Shown here one piece after another: positions 46,381 to 55,625 of a stretch of 64,000 nucleotides of DNA. Source of the stretch: Candidatus Buchananbacteria bacterium (GTDB taxonomy: Bacteria; Patescibacteriota; Patescibacteriia; 2-01-FULL-39-33); assembly GCA_041666945.1 (NCBI GenBank), contig JBAYFY010000002.1, positions 129,076-193,075 on the forward strand. Direction: 5' to 3'. Positions within the stretch are counted from its first letter, which is position 1; each line of letters begins with the position of its first letter. The notes under the pieces were generated by a model that saw only the letters and a list, made by a program, of their open reading frames with translations, made no database searches and was not told the origin of the DNA. Made by a program: the position numbers and the translations under genes.

Positions 46381-46776
46381 TTAGGTTTTTTGGCTGGTAT
46401 CTTTTCTGCCCGAACTCATGGTTTTTCTGACATTGCCGCGCACCGTGCGATTATTGGTTTTGGTGCGTTGGCCGCGAACCGGCAGACCCTTCATGTGGCG
46501 GATGCCGCGATAGGCCTTGATTTCTTTCAGGCGCTTGATGTTGCCCATGACCTCACGGCGCAGATCGCCCTCAATGCTAAAGCCGCCTTTTTCCACAGCC
46601 GTTCTTAAAGCGATTACTTGCTCCTCGGTCAAATCATTAACCCTGGTATCGGGATTGATTTTGATGCTGGCTAAAATTTTGTTGGCGCGCGGCTTACCGA
46701 CGCCAAAAATATAAGTTAAGGCGATTTCCACTCTTTTATTGTTGGGGATAACGACCCCCGCGATTCTAACTGCCAT
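46381..46776 (-). CDS. rpsM: 30S ribosomal protein S13
   Basis: [27 protein letters not shown]. Confidence 0.9.
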   Translation of the reverse strand: MAVRIAGVVIPNNKRVEIALTYIFGVGKPRANKILASIKINPDTRVNDLTEEQVIALRTAVEKGGFSIEGDLRREVMGNIKRLKEIKAYRGIRHMKGLPVRGQRTKTNNRTVRGNVRKTMSSGRKDTSQKT

Positions 46777-46799
46777 AAGTATGTATAGTTTATAAATTA

Positions 46800-46913
46800 T
46801 TACCCTTGGCGCTGCTTATGCTTGGGATTCTTGCAAATGACAACCAGGCGCTTTTTGCGTCTGATAACTTGGCAATCTTTGCAGATTTTTTTAACTGAAG
46901 CTCTAACTTTCAT
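46800..46913 (-). CDS. rpmJ: 50S ribosomal protein L36
   Basis: Hand-translated [37 protein letters not shown] (not in ORF track, <60 aa). Confidence 0.85.
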   Translation of the reverse strand: MKVRASVKKICKDCQVIRRKKRLVVICKNPKHKQRQG

Positions 46914-47011
46914 AAAGATAAAAATTGAGAAATAAGAAATTAAAGTAGGCAAAACTCACCCCTGGCTTTCAGCCATTAGACGTATGCCGTAGACCGTAAG
47001 CTGTTTAAATG

Positions 47012-47275
47012 TTAATAACGGTAAGTGATGCGTCCGCGAGTCAGGTCATAAGGCGTCATTTGCACCTTGACTTTGTCTCCGGGCAACAGGCGGATGTTGA
47101 ACATTCGCATTTTGCCTGACAAATGGGCCAAAATTTCATGGCCATTCATTAACCGAACGCGGAAATTGGCTGACGGCAATGATTCCGTCACCTCGCCGTC
47201 CAACTCCAAGAAATCCTTGGAATCAGCGGCATTTTCTGGTTGTTGTGACATTGTAAAGTTATTCTTTAATAACAA
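47012..47275 (-). CDS. infA: Translation initiation factor IF-1
   Basis: ...[65 protein letters not shown]. Confidence 0.9.
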   Translation of the reverse strand: MLLKNNFTMSQQPENAADSKDFLELDGEVTESLPSANFRVRLMNGHEILAHLSGKMRMFNIRLLPGDKVKVQMTPYDLTRGRITYRY

Positions 47276-47549
47276 ATTACTTTATAATTTCCAATCTTGG
47301 CTTTTGACGGCCGGGGTCGGAAATAAAGCGATAATTTTTTCAGATAAAACAAAAACTTGCGGCTCCCCTCTTTGCGTCCAAATTCGGCCATACTTTTAGT
47401 GAAATTAAGCCAAATTTTGTCTTTTTCAAATCTGAGATAATTATAGCAGATTGAGTAATTTTGTCAATACTTGCTGAATTTAATTTAATTTTATAGTAAT
47501 TTTGGCTTATTGTCAAGAAAAAACCGCCTGGCCGAGAATGGCAGGCGGG

Positions 47550-47753
47550 TTAACATTGCGGTTCTTTGCCATTATGGTCGCCAGGCAAATTTTTGATTTG
47601 CTGTCGGAGCTTTTCGTTTTCTTGGCGCAGACGCTCATTATCATTAACAATTTGCATCATGCCATAAACCATTAATCCGAATAACAAAAAAATTACAGTT
47701 AAACCCAGCCAATGTTGGTAAAGAATATAAAGAACGATTTTCAGCGTTTCCAT
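47550..47753 (-). CDS. Small single-TM coiled-coil protein (FtsB/DivIC-like)
   Basis: 67 aa; TM followed by NDNERLRQENEKLRQQIKNL leucine-zipper-like segment. Confidence 0.4.
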   Translation of the reverse strand: METLKIVLYILYQHWLGLTVIFLLFGLMVYGMMQIVNDNERLRQENEKLRQQIKNLPGDHNGKEPQC

Positions 47754-47792
47754 CAGTTATCCTCCTTTTTCAGCGTTTCCATCAGTTATCCT
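47735..47792. repeat. Perfect 29-bp tandem duplication spanning the RBS and start codon of the FtsB-like gene
   Basis: TTTCAGCGTTTCCATCAGTTATCCTCCTT x2; creates a 9-codon uORF METLKKEDN overlapping the real start (TGATG). Confidence 0.8.
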
Positions 47793-47818
47793 CCTTTCCG
47801 GCCGGGGTTTAATGGCGT

Positions 47819-49597
47819 TTAATCCAAAATCGCCTTGATGCGTCTGATGCCGGAAGAAGACGCTTCTTCTTTGATGATTTTGAAATGCCCGAGTTCCCCG
47901 GTGTTTTTGGCGTGCGGTCCGCCGCAGATCTCTTTGGAAAAGCATTGTTCAAAAGTAGCGTCGCCGCCGATGCTGTAAACTTTGACGCGATCGCCGTATT
48001 TGCTGTCAAAAATTCCCATGGCGCCGCAGGCGCGAGCTTTTTCAATCGGCAAATCCTCGCTAATGACAGGCAAATTATTTTTTATTTGTTCATTAACCAA
48101 ATCCTCTATTTGCTTTAATTGTTCCGGCGTAACTTTTTCCGGATGCGAAAAATCAAACCGGATGCGTTCGGCGGTAATGTTGGAGCCGCGCTGAAATACG
48201 TGATCGCCCAAGATGCGGCGCATGGCCGCCAGCATCAAGTGAGTGGCCGTATGCATGCGCGCCGATAGTTCGGTGTTATCGGCCAGCCCGCCTTTGAATT
48301 TTTTTTCTGCGCCTTGTCGGGAGGTTTGCTGATGCTTTTTGAATTCTTTCTGGTATTCTTCCTCATCTATTATCAATCCTTTTTCTTTGGCTAATTCGCG
48401 CGTCATTTCAATGGGAAAACCGCAAGTGGCAAAAAGCTGAAAAGCGTCTGCGCCGGAAATTTTTTTACCTTCTATTTTTAATTTATCAAATTTTTTCAAA
48501 CCCTTTTCTAAAGTGATGTTGAATTTTTCCTCTTCTTTATTGAGTTCATCAACAATCCGCTCACGCTTGTCCCGCAATTCTTTGTAGAACCCGCCCTGCA
48601 GTTCAATCACCGCTTCGGCCACTTGAGAGGTGAAAGGAGAATTGATGCCTAACTCGGCGCCGAAGCGAATGGCGCGGCGCAACAGACGGCGCAGGACATA
48701 GCCCTGCTCCACGTTGGACGGCGTGACGCCGTCAGCCAAAAGAAAAGTGGCGGCGCGCAAATGATCGGCGATAACCCGAACCGGCTTCAAATCCTCCGGC
48801 GACAGTTCATCGGGCAATCGGCCGCATAGAGCGCATACTTGAGCGACGATGGTGTATAACGGATCAATGTCATAAGCGCTGGCTTTGCCGTCCAGCGTGG
48901 CCACGGTGCGTTCCACGCCCATACCCGTATCCACGTTTTTCTGCGCCAGCTCTTCATATTTGCCGTCGGCGGTTTTATTGTAAACCATAAACACGTTGTT
49001 CCAAATTTCCACCCAGTGTTTGTCGCTCGGATCAAATTCCCGTGGCGCTTCTTCTTCGCCGGACCAATAAAACATTTCCGTATCCGGACCGCACGGGCCG
49101 GTCTGGCCGGCCGGACCCCACCAATTGTCGGCTTTGGGCAAATAAGCGATGCGCGCCGGCTTTACCCCGAGCTCCTGCCAAATGGCGAATGATTCCCGAT
49201 CTTGCGGCGCGTCATCATCGCCGGCAAAGCAGGTGAAAGCCAGCTTATCCAGAGAAATGCCTAATTCTTTGGTTAAAAAATTAAAACTTAGAGTCATGGC
49301 CTCGCGTTTGCCATAATCGCCCAACGACCAATTGCCTAACATTTCAAACAAAGTCAAATGCCAAGCATCGCCGACATCGTCAATGTCGCCGGTGCGGATG
49401 CATTTTTGGACATTGGCCAACCGTTTGCCGCAGGGATGTTTTTCGCCCAAGAGGTAGGGCACCAGGGGGTGCATGCCGGCAGTAATAAATAAAGCGGTCG
49501 GATCATTTTCCGGTACAAGAGGCGCGCCGGGAATAATCGCGTGGCCGTTATTTTCAAAATATCCAAGAAATTTTGTTTTGAGATCTTTGGCGGTCAT
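47819..49597 (-). CDS. alaS: Alanine--tRNA ligase, short form lacking C-terminal C-Ala/DHHA1 domain
   Basis: Class II core (FTCFAGDDD..., WGPAGQTGPCGPDTEMFYW) and editing domain (HTATHLM, CGGPH) but only 592 aa. Confidence 0.85.
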   Translation of the reverse strand: MTAKDLKTKFLGYFENNGHAIIPGAPLVPENDPTALFITAGMHPLVPYLLGEKHPCGKRLANVQKCIRTGDIDDVGDAWHLTLFEMLGNWSLGDYGKREAMTLSFNFLTKELGISLDKLAFTCFAGDDDAPQDRESFAIWQELGVKPARIAYLPKADNWWGPAGQTGPCGPDTEMFYWSGEEEAPREFDPSDKHWVEIWNNVFMVYNKTADGKYEELAQKNVDTGMGVERTVATLDGKASAYDIDPLYTIVAQVCALCGRLPDELSPEDLKPVRVIADHLRAATFLLADGVTPSNVEQGYVLRRLLRRAIRFGAELGINSPFTSQVAEAVIELQGGFYKELRDKRERIVDELNKEEEKFNITLEKGLKKFDKLKIEGKKISGADAFQLFATCGFPIEMTRELAKEKGLIIDEEEYQKEFKKHQQTSRQGAEKKFKGGLADNTELSARMHTATHLMLAAMRRILGDHVFQRGSNITAERIRFDFSHPEKVTPEQLKQIEDLVNEQIKNNLPVISEDLPIEKARACGAMGIFDSKYGDRVKVYSIGGDATFEQCFSKEICGGPHAKNTGELGHFKIIKEEASSSGIRRIKAILD

Positions 49598-49744
49598 AAT
49601 GTGGCGTGTGGTTTATGGCGCGTAATCAATAAGCAACAATCTTGATTAATTTAGTTTATATATAAAATCATAACAAAATCAGCTGATTTTGGCAAATTTA
49701 ATCCGGCAAAAACAAAATGAAATAAATAGAATTTCAGCTACTTG

Positions 49745-49803
49745 GATTCCCGCCCCTGCCTTGCCGGTAGGCAGGCCTGCCTGCCGGTAGGCAGGGGCGG
49801 GAA
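49745..49803. repeat. Long GC-rich palindrome (two ~28-bp arms)
   Basis: TTCCCGCCCCTGCCTTGCCGGTAGGCAGG / CCTGCCTGCCGGTAGGCAGGGGCGGGAA. Confidence 0.7.
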
Positions 49804-49870
49804 TGACGGAGATCGTGCAAATTAAAAACACCCGGCGGATATGTCCCGCGCGGGTGTTAAAGTGCGTTTT

Positions 49871-50689
49871 CTAATTATTCGGTTTAGTCGGCTCTTGGGT
49901 GGCCAGTCCCCTTTTGATGAACTTCGTCGCTTCTCGGACACGTAGTGATCCGAAGAAAGCATAATTTATCTGCTCTAAAACCACCAAACTTAGTCTTTCT
50001 TCTGCTCCAAACGATAAATCGGATTGATCAAGGACACGATTTGATAGATCCTTGTCTAGATTAATAGAGGTAAAAACCTTGCTGTGATCGCCGCAGTGAA
50101 AATACCTCTTAATTGCGTTGCTTAGTCGGCCGCAATATTTTTCATCGAGCAGATGTCTTGGTATTCCTCTATGTGCGTTACTCACTAAATGAATAAGAAT
50201 ATCGTCCAGGCCGTCATTAAAATCTTGGGGTATTCGACGGTCCCACGATCCCGCCAGTTCCAATAAAGATAAAATAACGCCAAGCATGAGTTCATTACTA
50301 AAGTAAAGGTAATAATTGCGCAAGGCCCCCATCCACTCCTTAATCGTAAGGCCGTTTATGGTGTTTTGACCTACTAGGCCGTTTATGTTGCTTTGACTGT
50401 CTAGAACATTTTTAGTTACCGTATTGATAATACGGCAGGTATCGTCTATTCCATGATTAGATGATTTTACTATACTATCAATGATTTCAATGATTTCTCT
50501 AAAATTTGGTTTACTGCCGTGAAGGAGTATTATTATTTTCAATACTTTACTATCCATCACTTGGAGTCCCTTGCATAGAACTTCCGCCAGGCAGCTTAAT
50601 GCTTCCGGAGTTGCTGTTTTCAAACACTCCATTAAATCCGGGGGATTTGTGTCAGCAACCGCCGTTGATTCCGAATTTCCATTAGCCAT
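49871..50689 (-). CDS. Hypothetical protein (lower-GC, possibly acquired)
   Basis: 272 aa ORF; no recognisable motif. Confidence 0.35.
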   Translation of the reverse strand: MANGNSESTAVADTNPPDLMECLKTATPEALSCLAEVLCKGLQVMDSKVLKIIILLHGSKPNFREIIEIIDSIVKSSNHGIDDTCRIINTVTKNVLDSQSNINGLVGQNTINGLTIKEWMGALRNYYLYFSNELMLGVILSLLELAGSWDRRIPQDFNDGLDDILIHLVSNAHRGIPRHLLDEKYCGRLSNAIKRYFHCGDHSKVFTSINLDKDLSNRVLDQSDLSFGAEERLSLVVLEQINYAFFGSLRVREATKFIKRGLATQEPTKPNN

Positions 50690-50892
50690 GATGCGTTCCT
50701 TCCTGGCCTATCGGCCATATTCTTCTCTCAAAGAACACTCTCCCTCTCAGGAGATGAATACGGAACATCCGTATATCTTATCTATGATAGCATAATTTTA
50801 TTAATAAGTCAAGGTATTACCTGAAAATCAAATAATATTATCTAATTTTAAATAAAAAACACCGAGTAATCGGTGTTAAATAATTGTGCTTT

Positions 50893-51189
50893 TTAGTTAT
50901 CAAATTCTTCGCAAACTTCTTTTTTGAAGACCAATCTGACATGGATGATTCCCGGCAGATTATCTTCCCACCACCGGGCCGCTTCGGGGTTTTTATTTTT
51001 CAACAATTTAATTGCTTTGCCCCCGGCAACTTCGTAACCCCCAAGATTTTCCGGCTGACCACCCAAGACACCAACTTGATGGCCGGTTGCAGCGCTTAGC
51101 CCGGCCGCAGGCAATTCCAAACCAATCCATGCTTGACGCACCCATTCAGGCGCTTGCCCCGGCGGGGTCGCTGTGATTCTGATTTTCAT
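50893..51189 (-). CDS. Hypothetical protein (high GC relative to neighbours)
   Basis: 98 aa ORF MKIRITATPPGQAPEWVRQAW... Confidence 0.3.
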   Translation of the reverse strand: MKIRITATPPGQAPEWVRQAWIGLELPAAGLSAATGHQVGVLGGQPENLGGYEVAGGKAIKLLKNKNPEAARWWEDNLPGIIHVRLVFKKEVCEEFDN

Positions 51190-51210
51190 TTTGCCCTCCT
51201 TGCGAGTTGA

Positions 51211-51444
51211 TTAACCTTTTAGTCGTTTGGCTTCTCTTTCCTTTTTGCGTTCCAGGGCCGCCAAATAACCAATATAACTATACAGAGACGCTTTGAAACC
51301 GTGGGATTGCCCGGAGACACTGCAATGGCTTTCTTCTATGACATAATTGCAGCTTTCGCAGCCAAACCAACTCTTGCCGGTATGAAAATATAGCGGGCGT
51401 AGAAGCTCCATTTGTTTACCGCACTTTGGACAGCACATAATCAC
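51211..51444 (-). CDS. Small zinc-ribbon protein
   Basis: CPKCGKQ...CESCNY two CxxC pairs. Confidence 0.4.
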   Translation of the reverse strand: MIMCCPKCGKQMELLRPLYFHTGKSWFGCESCNYVIEESHCSVSGQSHGFKASLYSYIGYLAALERKKEREAKRLKG

Positions 51445-51460
51445 CCTCCTCTCTTTGTCA

Positions 51461-52210
51461 TCAGTTAAGCGCTTCGGCTATTGTCATTTCCAATTTTTTC
51501 TTTAATTCATCAACGCTCAAATCCTGATATTCTTCAGGCATGATCGGCTTAAGAAATTTAAAGGTTATGGTGCCCGGCCTGACCAACAAACTGCCGCGCC
51601 GCCAGGACTCATAAGCGCCACGGATGACGCAGGGAATTATGACGGGTTGGACATTCTTAGCCAAATGAAAAGCGCCCTTTTTAAATTCTTGCAGCCGGCC
51701 GGTTTTGCTTCTCTCCCCTTCCGGAAAAATCAACAATGATTCGCCGGCCTTAAACGCCCCCTCGATTTTTCTGATGGAAGCGATTGCTTGCTCATGACTT
51801 TTGTTGCTTATGGGAACAATGCCGTGCGCTTTTGCCATCCAGCCCCAAATCGGCAGCTTAAAATATTTATCGGCGCCCACGCCGGTGATTCTGTGCGGCA
51901 TGGCGTAGCCCGCTAAAAACGCGTCAATCAAAGATTGATGATTGAGCAAATATAAGTAAGGGCCGCTTGCCGGGTCCGGCCTGTCACCCTCAATTGCTAC
52001 TTGTTGGCCGAGCGTTTTCAAACAGATCCAGCCGCAAGGCCTGACCCAGAAACGCCACAGGAATTTTCGTGGCAGAAACAGCAATAAAACCATGTAAAGC
52101 GCGCAACAAATCACGGCCGCGCAGAAGAAGGCCGAAAGAAGAATCAGCGCCCTTAAGGCGGTCAAGAGCCAGATGATTAATCGTCCGGTATTTTTTGGTA
52201 GTCGCATCAC
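51461..52210 (-). CDS. plsC: 1-acyl-sn-glycerol-3-phosphate acyltransferase
   Basis: NHQSLIDAF (HxxxxD) and FPEGERS motifs; N-terminal TM. Confidence 0.8.
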   Translation of the reverse strand: MMRLPKNTGRLIIWLLTALRALILLSAFFCAAVICCALYMVLLLFLPRKFLWRFWVRPCGWICLKTLGQQVAIEGDRPDPASGPYLYLLNHQSLIDAFLAGYAMPHRITGVGADKYFKLPIWGWMAKAHGIVPISNKSHEQAIASIRKIEGAFKAGESLLIFPEGERSKTGRLQEFKKGAFHLAKNVQPVIIPCVIRGAYESWRRGSLLVRPGTITFKFLKPIMPEEYQDLSVDELKKKLEMTIAEALN

Positions 52211-52279
52211 CTATCTCCTTTGCTTGTTTTTAAAGAACTTTTATTATCGCAATATATCAGAATTACCTTTTATAGTCAA

Positions 52280-53353
52280 TCAGCCGATAATCCCTCCGCC
52301 GAGCAGTTTGTCTTTATCGTAAAAAACAATTGATTGGCCGGGCGTGGCGGCGCGAGGCGGACGGATGAATTCCGCCACATAACGCCGGCCGATTTTCCGG
52401 ACTCGGCATTTTTCCGGCCGGCCTCGGTAGCGGATTTGCGCTTCGCAGGACAGGGGGAATTTGATTTCCCTCATTAGCCAATTAGCCGACTCAAAAAACA
52501 CTTGGCGGTTGCGCAGCTTGGCGCTGTTGATTTTTTTTGACACTGCCAACTCATTGCGGGAACGGTTAAAGCCGATTACGTACCAGGGGCCGCCGGATAA
52601 GCCGATGCCGCTGCGCTGGCCCAAAGTGTAAAGAGCCAGCCCTTGATGCGCGCCGATAACCTCGCCTTTTTCATTAACGATTTTCCCCGGTTTCAGCTTC
52701 AGATATTTTTTTAAAAATTCTATATGGCTTCGGCCCACAAAACAAATCTCCTGGCTGTCGGGCTTGGCGTGCACGGCCAAGCGGAATTTTTTGGCTAATC
52801 CCCTTGTTTGTTTTTTGGTGTAATCGGCCAAGGGGAAAAGCAAATGTTTCAGTTGCTCCTGTTCCAAGTTATACAAAAAATACGTCTGATCTTTATTCTT
52901 GTCTTTGGGGCGGCATAAATCAAACTGATTTTTAGCTCGCGGCTTGAGTCGCGCGTAATGGCCGGTGGCCACGTAATCGGCGTCAAAAACAGTTCGCGCG
53001 TAATCCAATAATAATTTGAACTTGATGAATTTGTTGCAAGCCACGCAAGGATTGGGCGTGCGGCCGGCCTTGTATTCGTTCAAGAATTCGTCAACAATTA
53101 TTTTTTTGAACTGTTTGCCGAAATTGACTTTGTGGATCGGAATATCCAGCACGCGCGCCACTTCCCTGGCCTCGTTCCAGGCCGCCAAACTGCAACAGCG
53201 GTTCTCGCCGTACTTCTCTCCGCTGGGGAACCAGAATTGCATAAACACTCCCACGACGTTATAGCCCTGTTTTTTTAACAGCGCCGCGGCCGCCGAAGAA
53301 TCCACTCCGCCGGACATGGCCGCCACGACTCTTTTGTTGCTGGTTTTTTTCAT
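52280..53353 (-). CDS. mnmA: tRNA-specific 2-thiouridylase MnmA
   Basis: VVAAMSGGVDSSAAAALL PP-loop; catalytic Cys contexts. Confidence 0.85.
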   Translation of the reverse strand: MKKTSNKRVVAAMSGGVDSSAAAALLKKQGYNVVGVFMQFWFPSGEKYGENRCCSLAAWNEAREVARVLDIPIHKVNFGKQFKKIIVDEFLNEYKAGRTPNPCVACNKFIKFKLLLDYARTVFDADYVATGHYARLKPRAKNQFDLCRPKDKNKDQTYFLYNLEQEQLKHLLFPLADYTKKQTRGLAKKFRLAVHAKPDSQEICFVGRSHIEFLKKYLKLKPGKIVNEKGEVIGAHQGLALYTLGQRSGIGLSGGPWYVIGFNRSRNELAVSKKINSAKLRNRQVFFESANWLMREIKFPLSCEAQIRYRGRPEKCRVRKIGRRYVAEFIRPPRAATPGQSIVFYDKDKLLGGGIIG

Positions 53354-53518
53354 ATCTCAATCATAACCGATATTTTTCAGAAAAACAAACGATTAAAGTT
53401 CGTTGCTTGACAATTATGGCGGATTTGTTATAATCATTAATTAAGATACCGTATTATCCAATTAAGCTCTTTTCAATCTGACTGCCAAGCGTAACAGCAA
53501 CGAGAAGGAGGAATGAAT

Positions 53519-53689
53519 ATGATTGCAAACCTATTTTTTGTGATGGCCGTAATTTCCACATTAGTGTTGGGAACATTGTCACTTTTAGACAATTATAATA
53601 ATCAACCAAATATAAAATTGAAGGTAGCGTTATTTATTTCTTTTATTTTTGTAGCTGTATCCCAGATTTTTGCAAATCTGGGATACTAA
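53519..53689 (+). CDS. 56-aa two-TM hydrophobic peptide (toxin/holin/bacteriocin-like) in low-GC segment
   Basis: GGAGG RBS 8 nt upstream; MIANLFFVMAVISTLVLGTLSLLDNYNNQPNIKLKVALFISFIFVAVSQIFANLGY. Confidence 0.35.
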   Translation: MIANLFFVMAVISTLVLGTLSLLDNYNNQPNIKLKVALFISFIFVAVSQIFANLGY

Positions 53690-53829
53690 CTAAGCAGAAC
53701 TTTGTTTATATCAAGAATGCACTTTTGACTTGGCATAGTAATATTTTATTGCTATAATGCTTTATTATCAAATTACGTTCTTTTATATAGTTAATATATA
53801 GTTAACAAACAACGAAAGGAGTAGATTCT

Positions 53830-54180
53830 ATGGGATCTGATAGGACTCGTTTTAAGGGTTCACTGTTTTGTCCATTAACCATGGATCAATTGACTGTCAA
53901 TAGACAAATAGATGAGCTTGATAATTTAGAGGCTTCAAATGAATCTTTAATAGTCACAAGATCTCGGCTCGAGACCGAATTAAAATTGATGAATGGTAAA
54001 GAGCGTCTGATTTGTCAAATTATGACAAGTATTGAATGCTTTATTGACGGAGATATCAACGATAAAATCCGGGAAAAGATAAAGAAACTATTGGATTGTT
54101 ATCGGAAAATAATCAGAGTTTCCTTAGTTGATGAGCTTTATGATATTGAGCGGGAGATAGCTAATATTTTTTACCAATAG
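53830..54180 (+). CDS. Hypothetical protein (AT-rich, likely acquired)
   Basis: 116 aa; AAGGAG RBS; ~30% GC. Confidence 0.35.
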   Translation: MGSDRTRFKGSLFCPLTMDQLTVNRQIDELDNLEASNESLIVTRSRLETELKLMNGKERLICQIMTSIECFIDGDINDKIREKIKKLLDCYRKIIRVSLVDELYDIEREIANIFYQ

Positions 54181-54282
54181 ATTAAGCGTGTATTAAAGTG
54201 ATTAAATGATTTTGTATTTTAACACCGGATAGATAAATGTTCGGTGTTATTTTAATTAATTTTAATGTTTTATTTTTTATTT

Positions 54283-54470
54283 GCTGCGGGTCAGGGACTT
54301 CCGCTCTCATCCGCCGCCAGAAAGCGGCGGATTCGTTTGTCCTGGGTCAGCGCTGAATACTCCTTATGGTCGCATTCATCAACGCTCGTCTACGCTTTTC
54401 GGCTTCTGCCTCAAAGCTTGTATCGCTTCTGTCCTATTCGAGTCCCACCCCGCATTAAATAATTTCAAAA
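54283..54470 (-). pseudogene. Degenerate tRNA-Gln(CTG) copy
   Basis: Starts with GCTGCGGGTCAGGGACT identical to 59633-59649 (tRNA 3' end) and ends with GTCCTA...ACCCCGCATTA resembling tRNA 5' end; ~120 bp of unrelated sequence between; T-arm destroyed. Confidence 0.5.
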
Positions 54471-54570
54471 GGCACCCTTGTGGTGCCTTTTGAAATTACC
54501 AAACTGACTGACTCGGTCTAGAACCGATCCATATCAAGTATTATAAGGGCTTTTCGGGAATATTGCCAGC

Positions 54571-54607
54571 GGTGATTTGAGGCGTCTCAGTCGGGTAGAA
54601 ATATGCT
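54571..54607. repeat. ~35-bp direct repeat, left copy (candidate island boundary)
   Basis: TTGAGGCGTCTCAGTCgggtaGAAaTAtGCtATG vs 59593-59628 TTGACGCGTCTCAGTCatttGAAtTAGCATG. Confidence 0.5.
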
Positions 54608-54608
54608 A

Positions 54609-54754
54609 TGAAATGCGACAAATGCGACAGTACTTTAGCACTTCATAAATACAGGATTTTAGGCGGTAAAATGTTACAATGTTACACAATTTGGCAGGTT
54701 TTAGAGTGTAACATTTTAGTGGCCAAAATGAGAATGAGACAAATGAGACACTAA
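54609..54754. repeat. Cluster of AATGNNACA iteron-like short direct repeats
   Basis: aaatgcgacaaatgcgacag; aatgttacaatgttacacaat; aatgagaatgagacaaatgagacac. Confidence 0.6.
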
Positions 54755-54912
54755 AACGGGGTTTTTTAAAATAGTCAAATTTATGGATATTTTATCTTAG
54801 TTTAGAATAAAATCAGTGTGAGACAGCAAAAAATAACTGCCTCATTTTTCAATAAACGAAAACCGCCACCCAAGGATAAACCCTGAGTGGCGTGTTGTGC
54901 GAATAGTTGCGC

Positions 54913-55185
54913 CTACTTGGAGGCGAGTGCTTTGAGTTCGGCGCTAAACTTCTCATCGACGCCACTCTCAGCAAGGAATGTTTTGAGGAGTTCTTTAACT
55001 CGATCATCGAGCCCTGCGTCCCGGGCCGCCATAATGGCACCGCGTCGTGCGATTCTACCTTCCATCGAAGCTGGCGACGTCTCATTCGCAATCGCCAATT
55101 CGGCATTGGCCAGTTCCCTTTGCGCATCAATGACTTTGCCAATAGCCGCAGTAACATTCATATTCAACTTATCGAGCTTGTTCAT
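54913..55185 (-). CDS. Hypothetical coiled-coil protein (third gene of island operon)
   Basis: 90 aa, Ala/Glu-rich heptads; 24-nt gap to upstream gene. Confidence 0.4.
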   Translation of the reverse strand: MNKLDKLNMNVTAAIGKVIDAQRELANAELAIANETSPASMEGRIARRGAIMAARDAGLDDRVKELLKTFLAESGVDEKFSAELKALASK

Positions 55186-55209
55186 CTTGTCGCCCTCCTT
55201 TCAGAAGTT

Positions 55210-55614
55210 TCAACGTGTTGGCAGAAATCCCAACGATCCCCAATAATCAGGCTCGAAGGAGCGATCGAATGTCAACCCGTCGGCGTCGAAGTGACCAATC
55301 GAAAGCTGATTATCGTTCCAGTCAATCGTCGGAACTTCTGGGTGTAATTCTGATTTTCTGCAACCCGCAAGATCTCGCAATTCATTCTCTGTTGCGAATC
55401 GCATACCCTGTAGTGCCAGCAGTTCTTCCACCGAGACCGGCCGGCAACCCCACCATTTCATCAGGATGGAGATCCGTTTGAAATTCGTGCCGCGTGCCGC
55501 TTGGAAGAAGGCAAGTTTGCCGTCGCCTTGCGGGCGGTAAGCTTTTTGACACAGAACTTTGCCGCGGATATAGGCCACGATGACCCACAGATAATCCAGA
55601 ATAGCCTGTTTCAT
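55210..55614 (-). CDS. Hypothetical protein (second gene of island operon)
   Basis: 134 aa; 11-nt gap to upstream gene. Confidence 0.4.
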   Translation of the reverse strand: MKQAILDYLWVIVAYIRGKVLCQKAYRPQGDGKLAFFQAARGTNFKRISILMKWWGCRPVSVEELLALQGMRFATENELRDLAGCRKSELHPEVPTIDWNDNQLSIGHFDADGLTFDRSFEPDYWGSLGFLPTR

Positions 55615-55625
55615 GTCGCATCTCC

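Noticed and set aside
54283-54470. Functional tRNA with intron
   Set aside because: D-arm and T-arm cannot be formed. The T-loop is truncated (GAAGT) and the about 120-nt insert has no intron-like structure. Called a degenerate copy or att remnant instead.
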